This document shows, piece by piece, positions 21,121 to 31,978 of a stretch of DNA of 64,000 nucleotides. The translations under genes and the position numbers were made by a program. The stretch spans positions 385,304-449,303 of the forward strand of contig CAVQPS010000009.1 in the NCBI GenBank assembly GCA_963714795.1. Direction: 5' to 3'. Under the pieces are notes generated by a model, which worked only from the letters and a program-made list of their open reading frames with translations, did no database searches and was not told the DNA's origin. Position 1 is the stretch's first letter; every line of letters starts with the position of its first letter. The stretch comes from an uncultured Ignavibacteriales bacterium (GTDB lineage: Bacteria; Bacteroidota; Ignavibacteria; UBA10030; SZUA-254).

Positions 21121-21483
21121 TTATCGCTCCGAAACATGCCGCGTGGCAATTTCGATCAGCCGGTTGATATGCTCATCGTCAACCGAATAATATGCCATTT
21201 TTCCTTTTTTCAAGTATTTTACCAACCGAAGATTTCTCAATAATCGGAGCTGGTGGGAAATGGCCGAATCAGTCATTCCGAGAAGCGCGGCGATATCACA
21301 AACGCAGAGCTGTTCTTTACTTAATGCCTGGACAATGTTAAGGCGGGTAGGATCGCTCAGCACGCCGAACGTTTCACAGAGATCCAGAACGATTCTTTCA
21401 TTGCGAAGAGCCTTGCGTGCAGACCGAACCCTGTCTTCATGGACAAAGGTCGTTTCACACGTATCACCAGGTTTGGTTTTCAT
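21121..21483 (-). CDS. ArsR/SmtB (CadC-like) metal-sensing repressor
   Basis: LSDPTRLNI, LCVCDIA, SAISHQLRLL, DDEH. Confidence 0.93.
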   Translation of the reverse strand: MKTKPGDTCETTFVHEDRVRSARKALRNERIVLDLCETFGVLSDPTRLNIVQALSKEQLCVCDIAALLGMTDSAISHQLRLLRNLRLVKYLKKGKMAYYSVDDEHINRLIEIATRHVSER

Positions 21484-21496
21484 AGAATTCAATTAA

Positions 21497-21549
21497 ACGA
21501 TTGAGCAACTATTCAATCGTAAAATACGAATATGGTTTACTCTTGTCAA
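21497..21549 (-). promoter_or_regulatory. Promoter and SmtB/CadC-type operator of the ArsR-ATPase operon
   Basis: Minus strand: TTGACA (21549-21544), 17 nt, TATTTT (21526-21521), followed at once by the inverted repeat ACGATTGA-ATAGTTGC-TCAATCGT (21520-21497). Confidence 0.8.
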
Positions 21550-21601
21550 GTCCCGGATGATGGAAATCCAAAACGACCGTATTTGTGCTGATTACAGCAG
21601 G

Positions 21602-22201
21602 TTATACGGGCTTCTTTGCGGACAGGTGCTGCGAAACGAGAGTGTGTAACTCATCAAGCCCGTCTTTTCCGAGAACAAATTCAAGTTCTTCGCCGCACAC
21701 ATCAAATATAGAACGATCGTGAACAGTGACCGCCGTACAACATTCCGTGCGGTCGATTCCCTGTTCGTTGTCAAGCGTTAACATACCATGCTCAATGACG
21801 ACGGGATATGCGACGCAATAAAACGGTTTCAGCGCAAACCGATCCATTCCTTCCGCAACGGCAGCAATCTGCAACACACATTTGCCCGAGGAATTCAAAA
21901 ACACACATCCGTACGGACGTGCCTGCGTTCCGACGGCACTGCCGGAAGGAAAATCCGCATCGGCAAATTCATGTTTATCGAACCACTCGTCGACATTTTG
22001 TTCCTGATGCGGTTCAAGATAGCGCCGGATGATTGCTTCGTGTGCAAGAATATTATCTCTCTCACGCACATCCACAAACACTCCGTACCGGCAACAGACG
22101 GCATTGCAGTTCGTCATGGAACAACCAGAAGCAAATCCCGACGAAAGAAAATCACTATGAACAATCAATCTCGGAATAAAACCGAGATGATGCCGCTTCA
22201 A
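21602..22201 (-). CDS. DUF3109-like Cys-rich protein (start uncertain, TTG at about 22201)
   Basis: CSMTNCNAVCC, CVFL...GKCVL, KPFYCVAYP, CC; follows the amidohydrolase stop at 22209. Confidence 0.7.
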   Translation of the reverse strand: MKRHHLGFIPRLIVHSDFLSSGFASGCSMTNCNAVCCRYGVFVDVRERDNILAHEAIIRRYLEPHQEQNVDEWFDKHEFADADFPSGSAVGTQARPYGCVFLNSSGKCVLQIAAVAEGMDRFALKPFYCVAYPVVIEHGMLTLDNEQGIDRTECCTAVTVHDRSIFDVCGEELEFVLGKDGLDELHTLVSQHLSAKKPV

Positions 22202-22208
22202 TACAATC

Positions 22209-23555
22209 TCATTGACTGCCACCGGCACCTTCTTTCTTTTCTCCGGCACCCAGCCGGCGATATCGCTCTTTATATTTTTCATACAAATGAGTATGACGAC
22301 TTTCGAGGGAAATGTTTTTCCCCTGAATAAATTCCATCGTGACGGCATTCATAATTTCCAGCGGATCACCGGTCGTGACAATCAATGTCGCGTCTTTCCC
22401 GATTTCAAGCGAGCCAACATGATCGTCAATGCCCATAATCTGTGCGGCATACAATGTGATCGATTTCAGCGCTTCCTCTTTCGGCAAACCGTACGATGCA
22501 GCAGTGGCGGCATTGTACGGAAGATTTCGTTCGTTCGATGCGCCATCGTCCTGCGCGATGCAGAACTTTACTCCGGCATCAAATAATTTCTTTGCGAGCG
22601 TAAACGGTGCATCGTATTCTTCCCACGATCTCCACGGTACCTGGTGAACGGGACCCACAATGACCGGCACGTTGTTGGCTTTCAATACATCAGCGACACG
22701 CCATGCATCGTAACCACCCAGAATGACGATCTTCAAATGTTCACGCTGACCCCAGGCAACCGCAGATTGAATTTGCTGGATTTCATCCGCATTGACAAGA
22801 ACAGGAATTTTCCCATCCAACACCGGCTCCATCGCTTCCCACCGGATGTCCGTTTTATGTTTGGAAATATTTTCTTTCGTTTCCGAATGTTTTGCTTTGA
22901 GATATGCCCGTGCATCGGCAATCGCATTCCGGATTTCTTCCAAGGCACTCTCACGTGCTTTCTTCTGATCTTCTTCGGAACGCTGTTCCCACCAAGCTTT
23001 ATTGATGACCATCGAGGGCCAGTTCAAAACCATTCCGACCGGAGCGCGGAGCGTCATTTCATCCCATGTCCATCCATCCATCGAAATTGCCGCAGCCGTC
23101 CCGCTGATCGTTCCGCCTGCCGGCATGGTGATCGCCGTGGTAATGCCGTTTGCCCGCGTGACCGGAATGAGTTCGCTTTCCGGATTGACAGCAACTTCCG
23201 CACGAATATTCGGATTGATCGATCCGACTTCAGCAATATCGTTGGTTGCACGTACCGCACCGATTTCCGTCAAACCGATATTTGTCCGGGCATCCACAAA
23301 ACCGGGGTAAATATGTTTGCCGTGAACATCTATTTTTTCCGTTCCGGCAGGCAAATCGACGGCCGTTCCGATTGCGACAATTTTTCCCTTATCGAATAGT
23401 ATCGTTCCGTTTTCAATAATCGCTCCGCTGACCGTATGAATTGTTCCGCCGACGAGCGCAATCGGATGATCTTGCGGCTTGGCAGGAATCTCGGCCGCAA
23501 ACAGAATTCCGGCGTTTATCGCCAAACAGGCGATGATCCAAAATAATTTTTTCAT
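22209..23555 (-). CDS. Secreted amidohydrolase-family protein (imidazolonepropionase-like, HxH absent)
   Basis: Signal peptide MKKLFWIIACL; HIYPGFVDARTN; RANGITT; GSLEIGKDATL. Confidence 0.85.
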   Translation of the reverse strand: MKKLFWIIACLAINAGILFAAEIPAKPQDHPIALVGGTIHTVSGAIIENGTILFDKGKIVAIGTAVDLPAGTEKIDVHGKHIYPGFVDARTNIGLTEIGAVRATNDIAEVGSINPNIRAEVAVNPESELIPVTRANGITTAITMPAGGTISGTAAAISMDGWTWDEMTLRAPVGMVLNWPSMVINKAWWEQRSEEDQKKARESALEEIRNAIADARAYLKAKHSETKENISKHKTDIRWEAMEPVLDGKIPVLVNADEIQQIQSAVAWGQREHLKIVILGGYDAWRVADVLKANNVPVIVGPVHQVPWRSWEEYDAPFTLAKKLFDAGVKFCIAQDDGASNERNLPYNAATAASYGLPKEEALKSITLYAAQIMGIDDHVGSLEIGKDATLIVTTGDPLEIMNAVTMEFIQGKNISLESRHTHLYEKYKERYRRLGAGEKKEGAGGSQ

Positions 23556-23556
23556 G

Positions 23557-26500
23557 TTATTGCCGCTCCTTTCCATCGACATCATCATGACAAGAATAAT
23601 GTTCTTTCTCTCCCATCGATGCTGACGATGAGGGTCCGCCACCCGGTCCTTTTTTTGCACCGAGAGCTTTTTGAATCAGAACCGTCCGCTCTTTTGCCGC
23701 TTCTTCACTCATCGCCCGATCTTCATCACGATCGAAAAATTTCCTGCCGTCGATCCATGTCTGTTCACATATCGAATAGGCCGATAACGGATTTCCGCTC
23801 CAGACAACAAAGTCGCCGTCTTTACCCGCTTCAAGAGAACCGACGCGTTTATCGATTCGGAGCTGCTTGGCAGGATTGAGCGTGACAAATTTTAGCGCCT
23901 CTTCCTGTGTGACGCCACCGTACTTGACCGCTTTTGCCGCTTCCGTATTCAAACGGCGGGCAAGCTCGTCGCTGTCGGAATTGTACGACACGACAACCGT
24001 TGCATCGTGCATCAGAGCGCCGTTGTACGGAATGGCATCGTACACTTCAAATTTATATGCCCACCAATCGCTGAATGTTGAACCGCCGACGCCATGTTTC
24101 GCCAACAAATCCGCAATTTTATAGCCCTCAAGAACATGTTGGAATGTGCCGATTTGAAATCCGAAATCATCCGACACCTTCATCAGCATTTCGATTTCAT
24201 CCTGACGATAGGAATGAGAATGGACGAGCCGTTTACCGCGAAGAATTTCGAGTATCGCTTCATTCTGAAGGTTGCGCCGCGGAGGAATTTTGATCGTTCC
24301 GTTTTCATAATCTTTCCATGTCTGCTCGTAATCCAGAGCTGCGTGAAACTCATCGCGGATAATTTGCTCGACACCCTCGCGGGTTTGTGGATACCTCGTT
24401 GAATACCGGTCACCCCAATTGCTTTGTTTCGGATTTTCACCGAGAGCAAATTTTATCCCCGGCATTGCGCCTTCGAATTTCATTTCTTCCGGCAGCATGC
24501 CCCAACGCCATTTCACCACTTGATTCTGACCGCCGATGGCATTTGCGGAACCGTGAAGAACATTTGCGACGGTAAGTCCGCCGGCAAGCTCACGATAAAT
24601 AGCAATATCATCCGGATCGAGCACATCGCCGATACGCACTTCGGCAGTGATAGCTTTGCCGGTTTCATTCACACCGCCGGCAATGCCGGTATGCGAATGA
24701 CAATCGATCAACCCCGGCGTAACATGTTTCCCGGTTCCATCGATGACCACGGCACCATCCGGTGCGGAGAGATGTTGACCAAGTTTAGCAATTTTTCCAT
24801 TTTCGATCAGCACATCTCCCTGATCGATTGTACCTTGCGGCCCGCACGTCCAGACAGTTGCGTTCTTAATAAAAATATGTGCCGCCTGGCCGGGAATTTT
24901 CGGACGACCGAATGCCTCCGGCGGATACACCGGACCGAACGATGCCATCACCGGCGGTTTCGGTTTGCTTGTATCCGGTTCAGGTACAAATGATTCTTTT
25001 CGCATCGCCGTCCAATGAAATATTTTTCCGTCCGGCAACGAATTTGTTCCGATCATTTTCTCATCGGTAATCGTAGCAGACATCTGCACCATGCCGGCAA
25101 GACCGAGCGAATCTCCGTTGAAACTCATTTCTATTTTCATATCACCGAATGATGCGTTCGTAAGCTTCGATTCTTTCCCTTTCGCCTTGACCGATCCCTG
25201 AATGCCATCCGGTTCGCCTTTGAGCATAATCGTAAGAGATTCAACCGGAGCGTTTACCAATAATGCCTGCCAGGTTCCGCGAACATCAAAAAGCTGTTGC
25301 GGTTTAATTTCGTACCGCTTGCCGTCGATCCACGTCTCACGGATTTTCGTTTTCTCTTTAAATAAATCACCATCGGTAATAATAAAATTTGCCAGCTTGC
25401 CTGCTTCGAGAGAGCCGATATTTTTTTCGACGCCGAATAATTTCGCCGGTGCTGTTGTCAGCGCCGCCAGCGCAGCATCGGCTGGAAGTCCGCGCTCGAT
25501 CGCTTTACGAACATTTCCTAAAAAATTTGAGGGATCTTTCAATTGTGCGGAGGTAAGGACAAACGTAATGCCGGCCGCATGAAGTTTTTGTGGATTTTCC
25601 GGGGCTTCATCCCAATATCGTAAATCTTTCAATTCAACATTCAGGGCATCTTCCTGCGTTTGAACATTCGGAACATCGGGGAAATTCACCGGCAGGATAA
25701 TGGGCACGCCCGTTGCTTTCACTGCATCGAGACGGCGGTACTCCGAACCGCACCCGCGAATCCAGAATTTCAAATTAAATTCTTTTGCAATCCGTGCCGC
25801 GCGGAGAATACCGATTTCATCGTTCGCTTCAAAAACGACCGGCTGTTTCCCTTCAATGGCCGGCTGTAAAGCGGCAAGGTCTCCGACAAATTCCGGACGC
25901 GGCTCGGCCGGATATTTTATCGATGCCGCCATTGCATCGCGGTGCCATTGGGCATCGAGAAATGTTTGCCGCAACAAAGCGATCGCTCCCATGAGAGAAT
26001 TGGGATATTCATCGCCGAAGCCGCTTTCAAATGTGCAGTGCTGTGCGATTTCACGTTTCACCAATAATTCATTTGGGGTTCCGTCGCCAAGATTGAACAA
26101 TGCGCTCGAACCGCGGAAAATTCCTTTTTGCGGAACGACCAGCGCCGTTGTAAAACCGATGCCGCGAAGTTTTTCTGCCGCTTTCGGATCGGGAGAAAAA
26201 ATTTCTTCGGCACGCGTTGACGAAGCAACGTTGCTGTTCCAATGCTTCGGTCCGCTTTTATCTGCCGGCTTTTGCTGTTGATCCTGTCCGATATTTTGCA
26301 GTGGCTTCTTCGGCACACCGATGTCGGAATAACTCTCGATCAAACCGGGATATAATGTATTGCCGGATAAATCCCAAACACGTGCATCGGCAGGAATGGC
26401 AACATCCTTTCCGACTGCAACGATAATGCCGTCGCGGACGACAAGTGTTCCTTTTTCGATGATAGTGCCGGGAGCCACGACAATTCTGGCATTCGTGAAG

Positions 26501-26625
26501 GCATGAACATCCGGCGTGTTTTGCCGGATCCCGACCGGCGGCTTGATCTGCGCAACCGATTCCACAACCCCAACACCGGCAAGCAAACAAACCAGTCCGA
26601 AGAAAAATTGTTTCTGAAAGAACAT
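23557..26625 (-). CDS. Secreted tandem (two-domain) amidohydrolase
   Basis: Signal peptide; domain 1 LYPGLIESYSD...GSLEAGKLANF; domain 2 TPGLIDCHSH...VHSHSY...FQHVLEGY...NSDS...GSLEAGKDGDF. Confidence 0.88.
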   Translation of the reverse strand: MFFQKQFFFGLVCLLAGVGVVESVAQIKPPVGIRQNTPDVHAFTNARIVVAPGTIIEKGTLVVRDGIIVAVGKDVAIPADARVWDLSGNTLYPGLIESYSDIGVPKKPLQNIGQDQQQKPADKSGPKHWNSNVASSTRAEEIFSPDPKAAEKLRGIGFTTALVVPQKGIFRGSSALFNLGDGTPNELLVKREIAQHCTFESGFGDEYPNSLMGAIALLRQTFLDAQWHRDAMAASIKYPAEPRPEFVGDLAALQPAIEGKQPVVFEANDEIGILRAARIAKEFNLKFWIRGCGSEYRRLDAVKATGVPIILPVNFPDVPNVQTQEDALNVELKDLRYWDEAPENPQKLHAAGITFVLTSAQLKDPSNFLGNVRKAIERGLPADAALAALTTAPAKLFGVEKNIGSLEAGKLANFIITDGDLFKEKTKIRETWIDGKRYEIKPQQLFDVRGTWQALLVNAPVESLTIMLKGEPDGIQGSVKAKGKESKLTNASFGDMKIEMSFNGDSLGLAGMVQMSATITDEKMIGTNSLPDGKIFHWTAMRKESFVPEPDTSKPKPPVMASFGPVYPPEAFGRPKIPGQAAHIFIKNATVWTCGPQGTIDQGDVLIENGKIAKLGQHLSAPDGAVVIDGTGKHVTPGLIDCHSHTGIAGGVNETGKAITAEVRIGDVLDPDDIAIYRELAGGLTVANVLHGSANAIGGQNQVVKWRWGMLPEEMKFEGAMPGIKFALGENPKQSNWGDRYSTRYPQTREGVEQIIRDEFHAALDYEQTWKDYENGTIKIPPRRNLQNEAILEILRGKRLVHSHSYRQDEIEMLMKVSDDFGFQIGTFQHVLEGYKIADLLAKHGVGGSTFSDWWAYKFEVYDAIPYNGALMHDATVVVSYNSDSDELARRLNTEAAKAVKYGGVTQEEALKFVTLNPAKQLRIDKRVGSLEAGKDGDFVVWSGNPLSAYSICEQTWIDGRKFFDRDEDRAMSEEAAKERTVLIQKALGAKKGPGGGPSSSASMGEKEHYSCHDDVDGKERQ

Positions 26626-26700
26626 AACAACTCCTGTGAAGTGAGTATAGTGATGTGACCGGAATCCAGAAGGTCAACAGCAATGGTATACGTGAAAATG

Positions 26701-26729
26701 AAAATAGTGTTTTACCGGCGCAAAAGCAA
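26701..26729 (-). promoter_or_regulatory. Promoter of the amidohydrolase operon
   Basis: Minus strand: TTGCTT, 17 nt, TATTTT. Confidence 0.45.
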
Positions 26730-26807
26730 TTAGAAAACCTCAAAAATTGTTCTTGTTGGGAAAACTTTGATTACGATAAAAAAGATTCTATATTCACACA
26801 AAATACT

Positions 26808-27641
26808 ATGGCACTCGATTACTTAAATGCCGGCTGCGGAAACAAATTTCATCCGGATTGGCATAATGTCGACATGACCTCCGGTTCGCCGGATGTTCTT
26901 ACCGCAAATTTATTGAACGGAATTCCGTTTCCGGAAAACCATTTCGATGTGGTTTACCATTCACAAGTTTTGGAACATTTTCCGAAAGAGAAAGCCGGCG
27001 GCTTTCTGAAGGAATGTTATCGGGTGTTGAAACCGAACGGTATCATCCGCGTGGTCGTTCCCGATTTGGAAAATATCGTGAACGAATATACAAAACTTCT
27101 GAGGGAAAACATCGAACATCCAAGCGACATGTCGGCAGCACACTACAATTGGATTATGCTGGAGCTGTACGATCAAACGGTTCGCAATTACAGCGGCGGA
27201 CAGATGGCGGAATATCTGCAACAGCCAGATATCATTAACGAACAATATGTTCTTGATAGAATGGGATACGTCGGCAGAAAAATTCGGGATGAGTATTTAT
27301 CAGGAAAGACTGATATCGGAAATTTGAAAAAAGCTTTTTCTTCTCTGAAAATGTTCATGAAAGCTGTTCGGTATGTTTTCCGGAAAAAGCTACGCTCTCA
27401 AGCATCGAACATCGGAGCGTTTCGATTGGGCGGTGAAATTCATCAATGGATGTACGACAGATATTCTCTATCCAGATTGTTGAAGGAATGCGGCTTCATT
27501 GACATTTCCATCAAAAGTCCGCTTGAGAGTGATATTCCAAAGTGGGAAGAATATGAATTGGATGTAAAAGATGGTTTGGTCTACGACCCGACTTCATTAT
27601 ATATGGAAGCGAGAAAGAAAAGCACACACAACAACATGTAA
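26808..27641 (+). CDS. Class I SAM-dependent methyltransferase (Methyltransf_11-like)
   Basis: LNAGCG, WHNVD, IPFPENHFDVVYHSQVLEHF, RVLKPNGIIRVVVPD. Confidence 0.85.
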   Translation: MALDYLNAGCGNKFHPDWHNVDMTSGSPDVLTANLLNGIPFPENHFDVVYHSQVLEHFPKEKAGGFLKECYRVLKPNGIIRVVVPDLENIVNEYTKLLRENIEHPSDMSAAHYNWIMLELYDQTVRNYSGGQMAEYLQQPDIINEQYVLDRMGYVGRKIRDEYLSGKTDIGNLKKAFSSLKMFMKAVRYVFRKKLRSQASNIGAFRLGGEIHQWMYDRYSLSRLLKECGFIDISIKSPLESDIPKWEEYELDVKDGLVYDPTSLYMEARKKSTHNNM

Positions 27642-27685
27642 AGAAGCAGTAAGATTCAGGACTTTTGACTTTACACTATATTTCC

Positions 27686-29853
27686 TCACAGCATCCCGCT
27701 TCTTTTTCTCAGAAACCACTCCGTCGCAAGCAGAAGAATAATACACGCGGCGAGATAGCGCCAGTTCCACATTTCGATTTCGCTCGCTTCAACATTTTTC
27801 TTCGATGTGAACGCGACACCGTTTCCTATATCCCCGGAAAGCGATGATGTATTGCTGATATCGTAATATTTGCCGCCCGTGCGGTATGCCATCTGCTCGA
27901 GCAGCGATTTGTTCATTTTGGTTTCAAGAAATTCCACGTTCACCTGCCCGACCGAAAACCTGCCACGGTCTTCACCGAGCACGGCGCCGGTGGCTATGGC
28001 TTTTGCCGTGTAAGAATATTCGCCTTCGCCGAGTCCGTCGAGCGAACCTTCGTACCGTCCGCTGCCGGCAGAATTCAGGGGAAGCTGAAACTGCTCACTT
28101 CCGCGGTGCAATTCAACGGTGACATCCGCATGATCGACCGGACGAAGCTGATCGTCGTAAACCTGTCCTTCAAATGCAACCGGTTCCGCTGTCGTGAATG
28201 TTTCCTTCACCGGAGCGATACGTACTTTTTTCTCATCCTCGCTCGTGGTCAGCCAGCGCACGACGTTGACGAGAAATGCCGGAAGGAATCGTTCCGTTTT
28301 CGGATTATCCTGCGCCAGCAATCGCCAGCGCCAGATGCCGTAACCGGTTATTGCAAATGATTTTTGTCCGCCGATCGACCGGGACGCGAGAAGCGGTTCA
28401 TTCAATGCGACATCCTGAATTTTTGTCGTGGCAAGAACCGCACCTTCCGGTTTTGCACGAAATGCCGTTTGCGTTGTATAAATCGGCGGCAACTGCTGCC
28501 AGTCGGCGGCAGTCATCGTTCCTTCCAGGGTGATGAGAGGATGATTTGCTTGTATCTCGGGAACCGATGGGAATACATACGTTTCCGCCGGATTGATGCC
28601 CGACCATCCGAACGGCAGGAATGTTTCAAACATATTCAATTTCTGATAATCGACCGTTTTGCCGCCAATCGTGAACAACGGCGTTTTATGTTTTTCAATA
28701 TGATCATGGATTTGCTGAAGGAGCGCTGTGCCGGAAACCTGTGTCGGAAATCCGACGAACAGAATACAATCCGCACTATCGAGAACTGATTGAACTGAAC
28801 TTCCTTCATAAAATCCGCCGCCTGCTTTTTGTATGAACGATCGAACGGCAAAATGTTGGTCTTCCAGGAATGCCTGGCGGATTGCAGGAATATCGGCATT
28901 CGGTTCGCCGCCGAACAGGATAAGACGAAGCTTGTTGCGGAGAACTTTTATATATAACGAACGCGTGTTGTTGCGGTCGGTCAGTTCGCCGGGAAGTTTC
29001 GAAACGCTGACGGTGATCTTTTTTTCGCCTTCTTCTTTCGGTTCAAAGAAGAGATGAACCGGATATTCGTTCGTTCCTTCGGCAAGTTTGACCACTGCAT
29101 GATCGAGAGTCGTCGAACCTTCCTGCAAAGTCACTTCAACGGTCTCATTATGATATCCGGAACTTTTCACCGTCACATCGACCGGAACACGCGTTTCGGC
29201 ATAGGCAATACTATTCGTCACGACATTCTTAATCAGCACATCTTTTTGTTCCGACAGTATCTCCGACGCCGACGGTATAGACCGGAATTCCCAATCCTTC
29301 CGCATCGTACAGAGGATTTTTTCCGGCGGTATAATTTCCATCCGAAACCAGAACAGCCGATTGAATATTCTGACGGTTCAACCGATCTTTTAATTGAGCA
29401 AGACGCATCGGAAATATTCGTCACTTCGCCTTCGAGCGGAAATGTATCACGTAATGCCGATTGCGGCGGGTGCAGATTTTCTGCAAATGGGAAATATTCG
29501 ATCTGTGTCTGCGGCGGAATAAGATTTTTTTGATGGATGAATTGAAAAAGCTGTCCCGACCGGTCACCGGTACCGTCGTGTATCGACATACTTTGCGAAA
29601 CATCGACCAGCATGGCAACAATGGGAGGTTGTTCCGTTGTCGTGATCGATCGTAACACCGGTTCGAATAAAATTCCCAACAGCAAACAGAGTGCAAGCGC
29701 GCGGAGAGCCGACAGTAAAAATCTTTTTTTTCCGGGAAGCGGTGGAAGGGTATAGCGATAAAAAAGGATTGCCGCTGCAATCAGCGCCAGTAAAAACAAG
29801 ACAAGGATGAAAATGTTTCCGCCGAACGATATGGACATTGCCGCAAGTGTCAT
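27686..29853 (-). CDS. Membrane-anchored vWA-domain protein (MoxR partner type), split by two 1-nt insertions at about 29403 and 29252
   Basis: Frame 1: TM helices plus MIDAS-like LVDVSQSM...TNISDA. Hidden middle frame: LAQLKDRLNRQNIQSAVLVSDGNYTAGKNPL...IPVYTVGVGDT. Frame 3: EQKDVLIKN...WRWR...EWFLRKRSGML. Confidence 0.8.
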
Positions 29854-29857
29854 CCGC

Positions 29858-31961
29858 TTACCGCAAGGGTGTTATTTTATTCACAAGCATCATTTTTTTT
29901 GTTTCTGTAAACGACGATGTCGTCATCCGGTAGAAATAGACCCCGCTCGCAAGACTGTTTGCATAAAAAACCAGCGGCTTACGTGAAGAGGCATCGCCTG
30001 CATTCTCCACATCGTCGACCAACGTTGCGACAGTTCTTCCGAGTTCATCAAACACGGCAATGCGAACATGATCCCGCTGAGGCAAATCGTAACCGATGAC
30101 GGTAGAACCGGAAAATGGATTGGGAAAATTCTGTTCAAGAGCAACGGTGGAGGGAATCGGATGACCGACCGGATTATCGGGAACGCCGTAATGGAAAAAC
30201 CATGTCGTATCGAAAAGCGGAGCGGGGGATGCGTAATAATTTCCCGCACTATCCTGAACATCAATCGTAAACCGAACAGATCTGCCGTATGACAACATCG
30301 GCACATCGACACGGTATCGTCCCGAAGTTCGATAAAACATTTCGGAATCGAGCGTCATCGGAATGGAAAGAAACGACGTGCTGCTGTCGGGAGCGTAATG
30401 GAAGATGACGCTTCCCGGTTTAATTCCGAATTTCGATATGACGACGGTAGAAATAACGCTGTGCAATCCATCGACATCGATGACCGGGCGGTTGCTGAAA
30501 ATCGGACCAAACGAAAGTGCGGCACGAAATGCATCGATCAGTCCCCATCCGGTAAAATTATTCGGACTGAGCGGAAATCGCGACGGATTGGTAATCGGAA
30601 TAGCTGTCGTACGGAATGCATTGCGGACTTGAAGAGGTGTCAGTTCCGGTCGAACGGAAAGCATCAATGCCGCGGAACCCGCAACGAGCGGAGTCGAAAC
30701 AGATGTACCGCTTTCCGTACCGTACGTATTTGGTCCGGGCGTTAATGCACCATACACATTGACACCGGCAGAAACAACATCGGGTTTGATCCGTCCGTCG
30801 CTTGTCGGACCTTGCGAGCTGAAGGAAGCGAGTTGACGCGAAAAACTTACTGCACCGACGGAAATCAGTGTGTCGGTATCGGCAGGTGTCAGCAACGTTC
30901 CGATGCCGGTATTATCATTTCCTTCGTTTCCCATCGCGTTACAAACCACAACTCCTAATTTGCAGGCGCGTTCTGCGGCTTGGGCTGTGATGGAAGTTCT
31001 CCCGTTGAAATCGTTATTGAGCCATGAATATCCGGAATCCGGCGGATCGAATGTGTTGTATCCGACAGAACTGCTGACGACATCGACGCCGTAACTTTCC
31101 ATCCATTCGATTCCTGCCGCCCAATTATCTTCTTCCTGCCGCGTTTCGGTCGGAACATATTCCGATTTCCCCAAAATAAAATCGGCATCAAACGCGGGAC
31201 CGATCAATTCGCCGGGCATGTATCCCCCAAGCACCGACATCACAAGTGTGCCGTGAAAATCCTGATCGGGTGAGTCGCTTGCCTGGTTTGCCGTAATGCT
31301 ATCATGAAAAACAAAATCATATTCTGCAACGACATGCCGGGTACGAAGAGCTTCATGCGTTTTCCACCGGAAACCGCTGTCCAAGATAGCCGACCAAAAC
31401 CTTTTTTCCGGTGATACCCATATTATGGAGAACCGGAACATCGACCGACGTATCCTGCTGTAACGATGGTCCATAATTGTACGAAAATGTTTGGTTCGAA
31501 ATATTCGATTGTGCCCGGAGAGATAATTCAAACGGCGTTTCCCGAACGCCGGCCACTGGGCGTACCGCGACCACAAACGGCAGTGAACGAATCGCAGAAA
31601 TAATCTCGGGCCGCAGCGTAAAGCTTGCCGCATTTAACCAACGGCTTTGATGAACAAGCACACCTCCGATTTTTTCCACCGCTTCGATATACGGTTGGTA
31701 GAGCGGCAGATCGGCAGCGTCGACAAGAGCGTCGGCAGGAAGCATCTTTCCACGTCGGGCAAGAGCACGCGGCTGAAGGAGCTTGAGCGCATCCTGATAT
31801 GCAGCCGATTGCTGAGCAAGAGTCCCGGAAGAAGTTCTGCCTTCACCCTTATCGGCAAAGACTACCCAATATTTTTTTTGAAGCTGGGCATGAGCGGAAC
31901 CAGCATGAAGCATCAACAATGCCACCATGACAGCGATATGATGAAGTGCCCTCCGGTTCAT
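29858..31961 (-). CDS. S8 subtilisin-like serine protease with T9SS C-terminal domain, one 1-nt insertion at about 31390
   Basis: Signal and propeptide (KYWVVFADK...SRWLNA) up to GITGKKVLV, then the frame shifts to ILDSG; HGT, GNEG, GTSVSTP; QNFPNPF...SGVYFYRM...KKMMLV. Confidence 0.85.
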
Positions 31962-31978
31962 GGAATGGAGCAATGCCG

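Noticed and set aside
22209-26625. Amidohydrolases as the missing aminofutalosine deaminase
   Set aside because: Both carry signal peptides, lie over 10 kb from the mqn genes and are not adenosine-deaminase-like.
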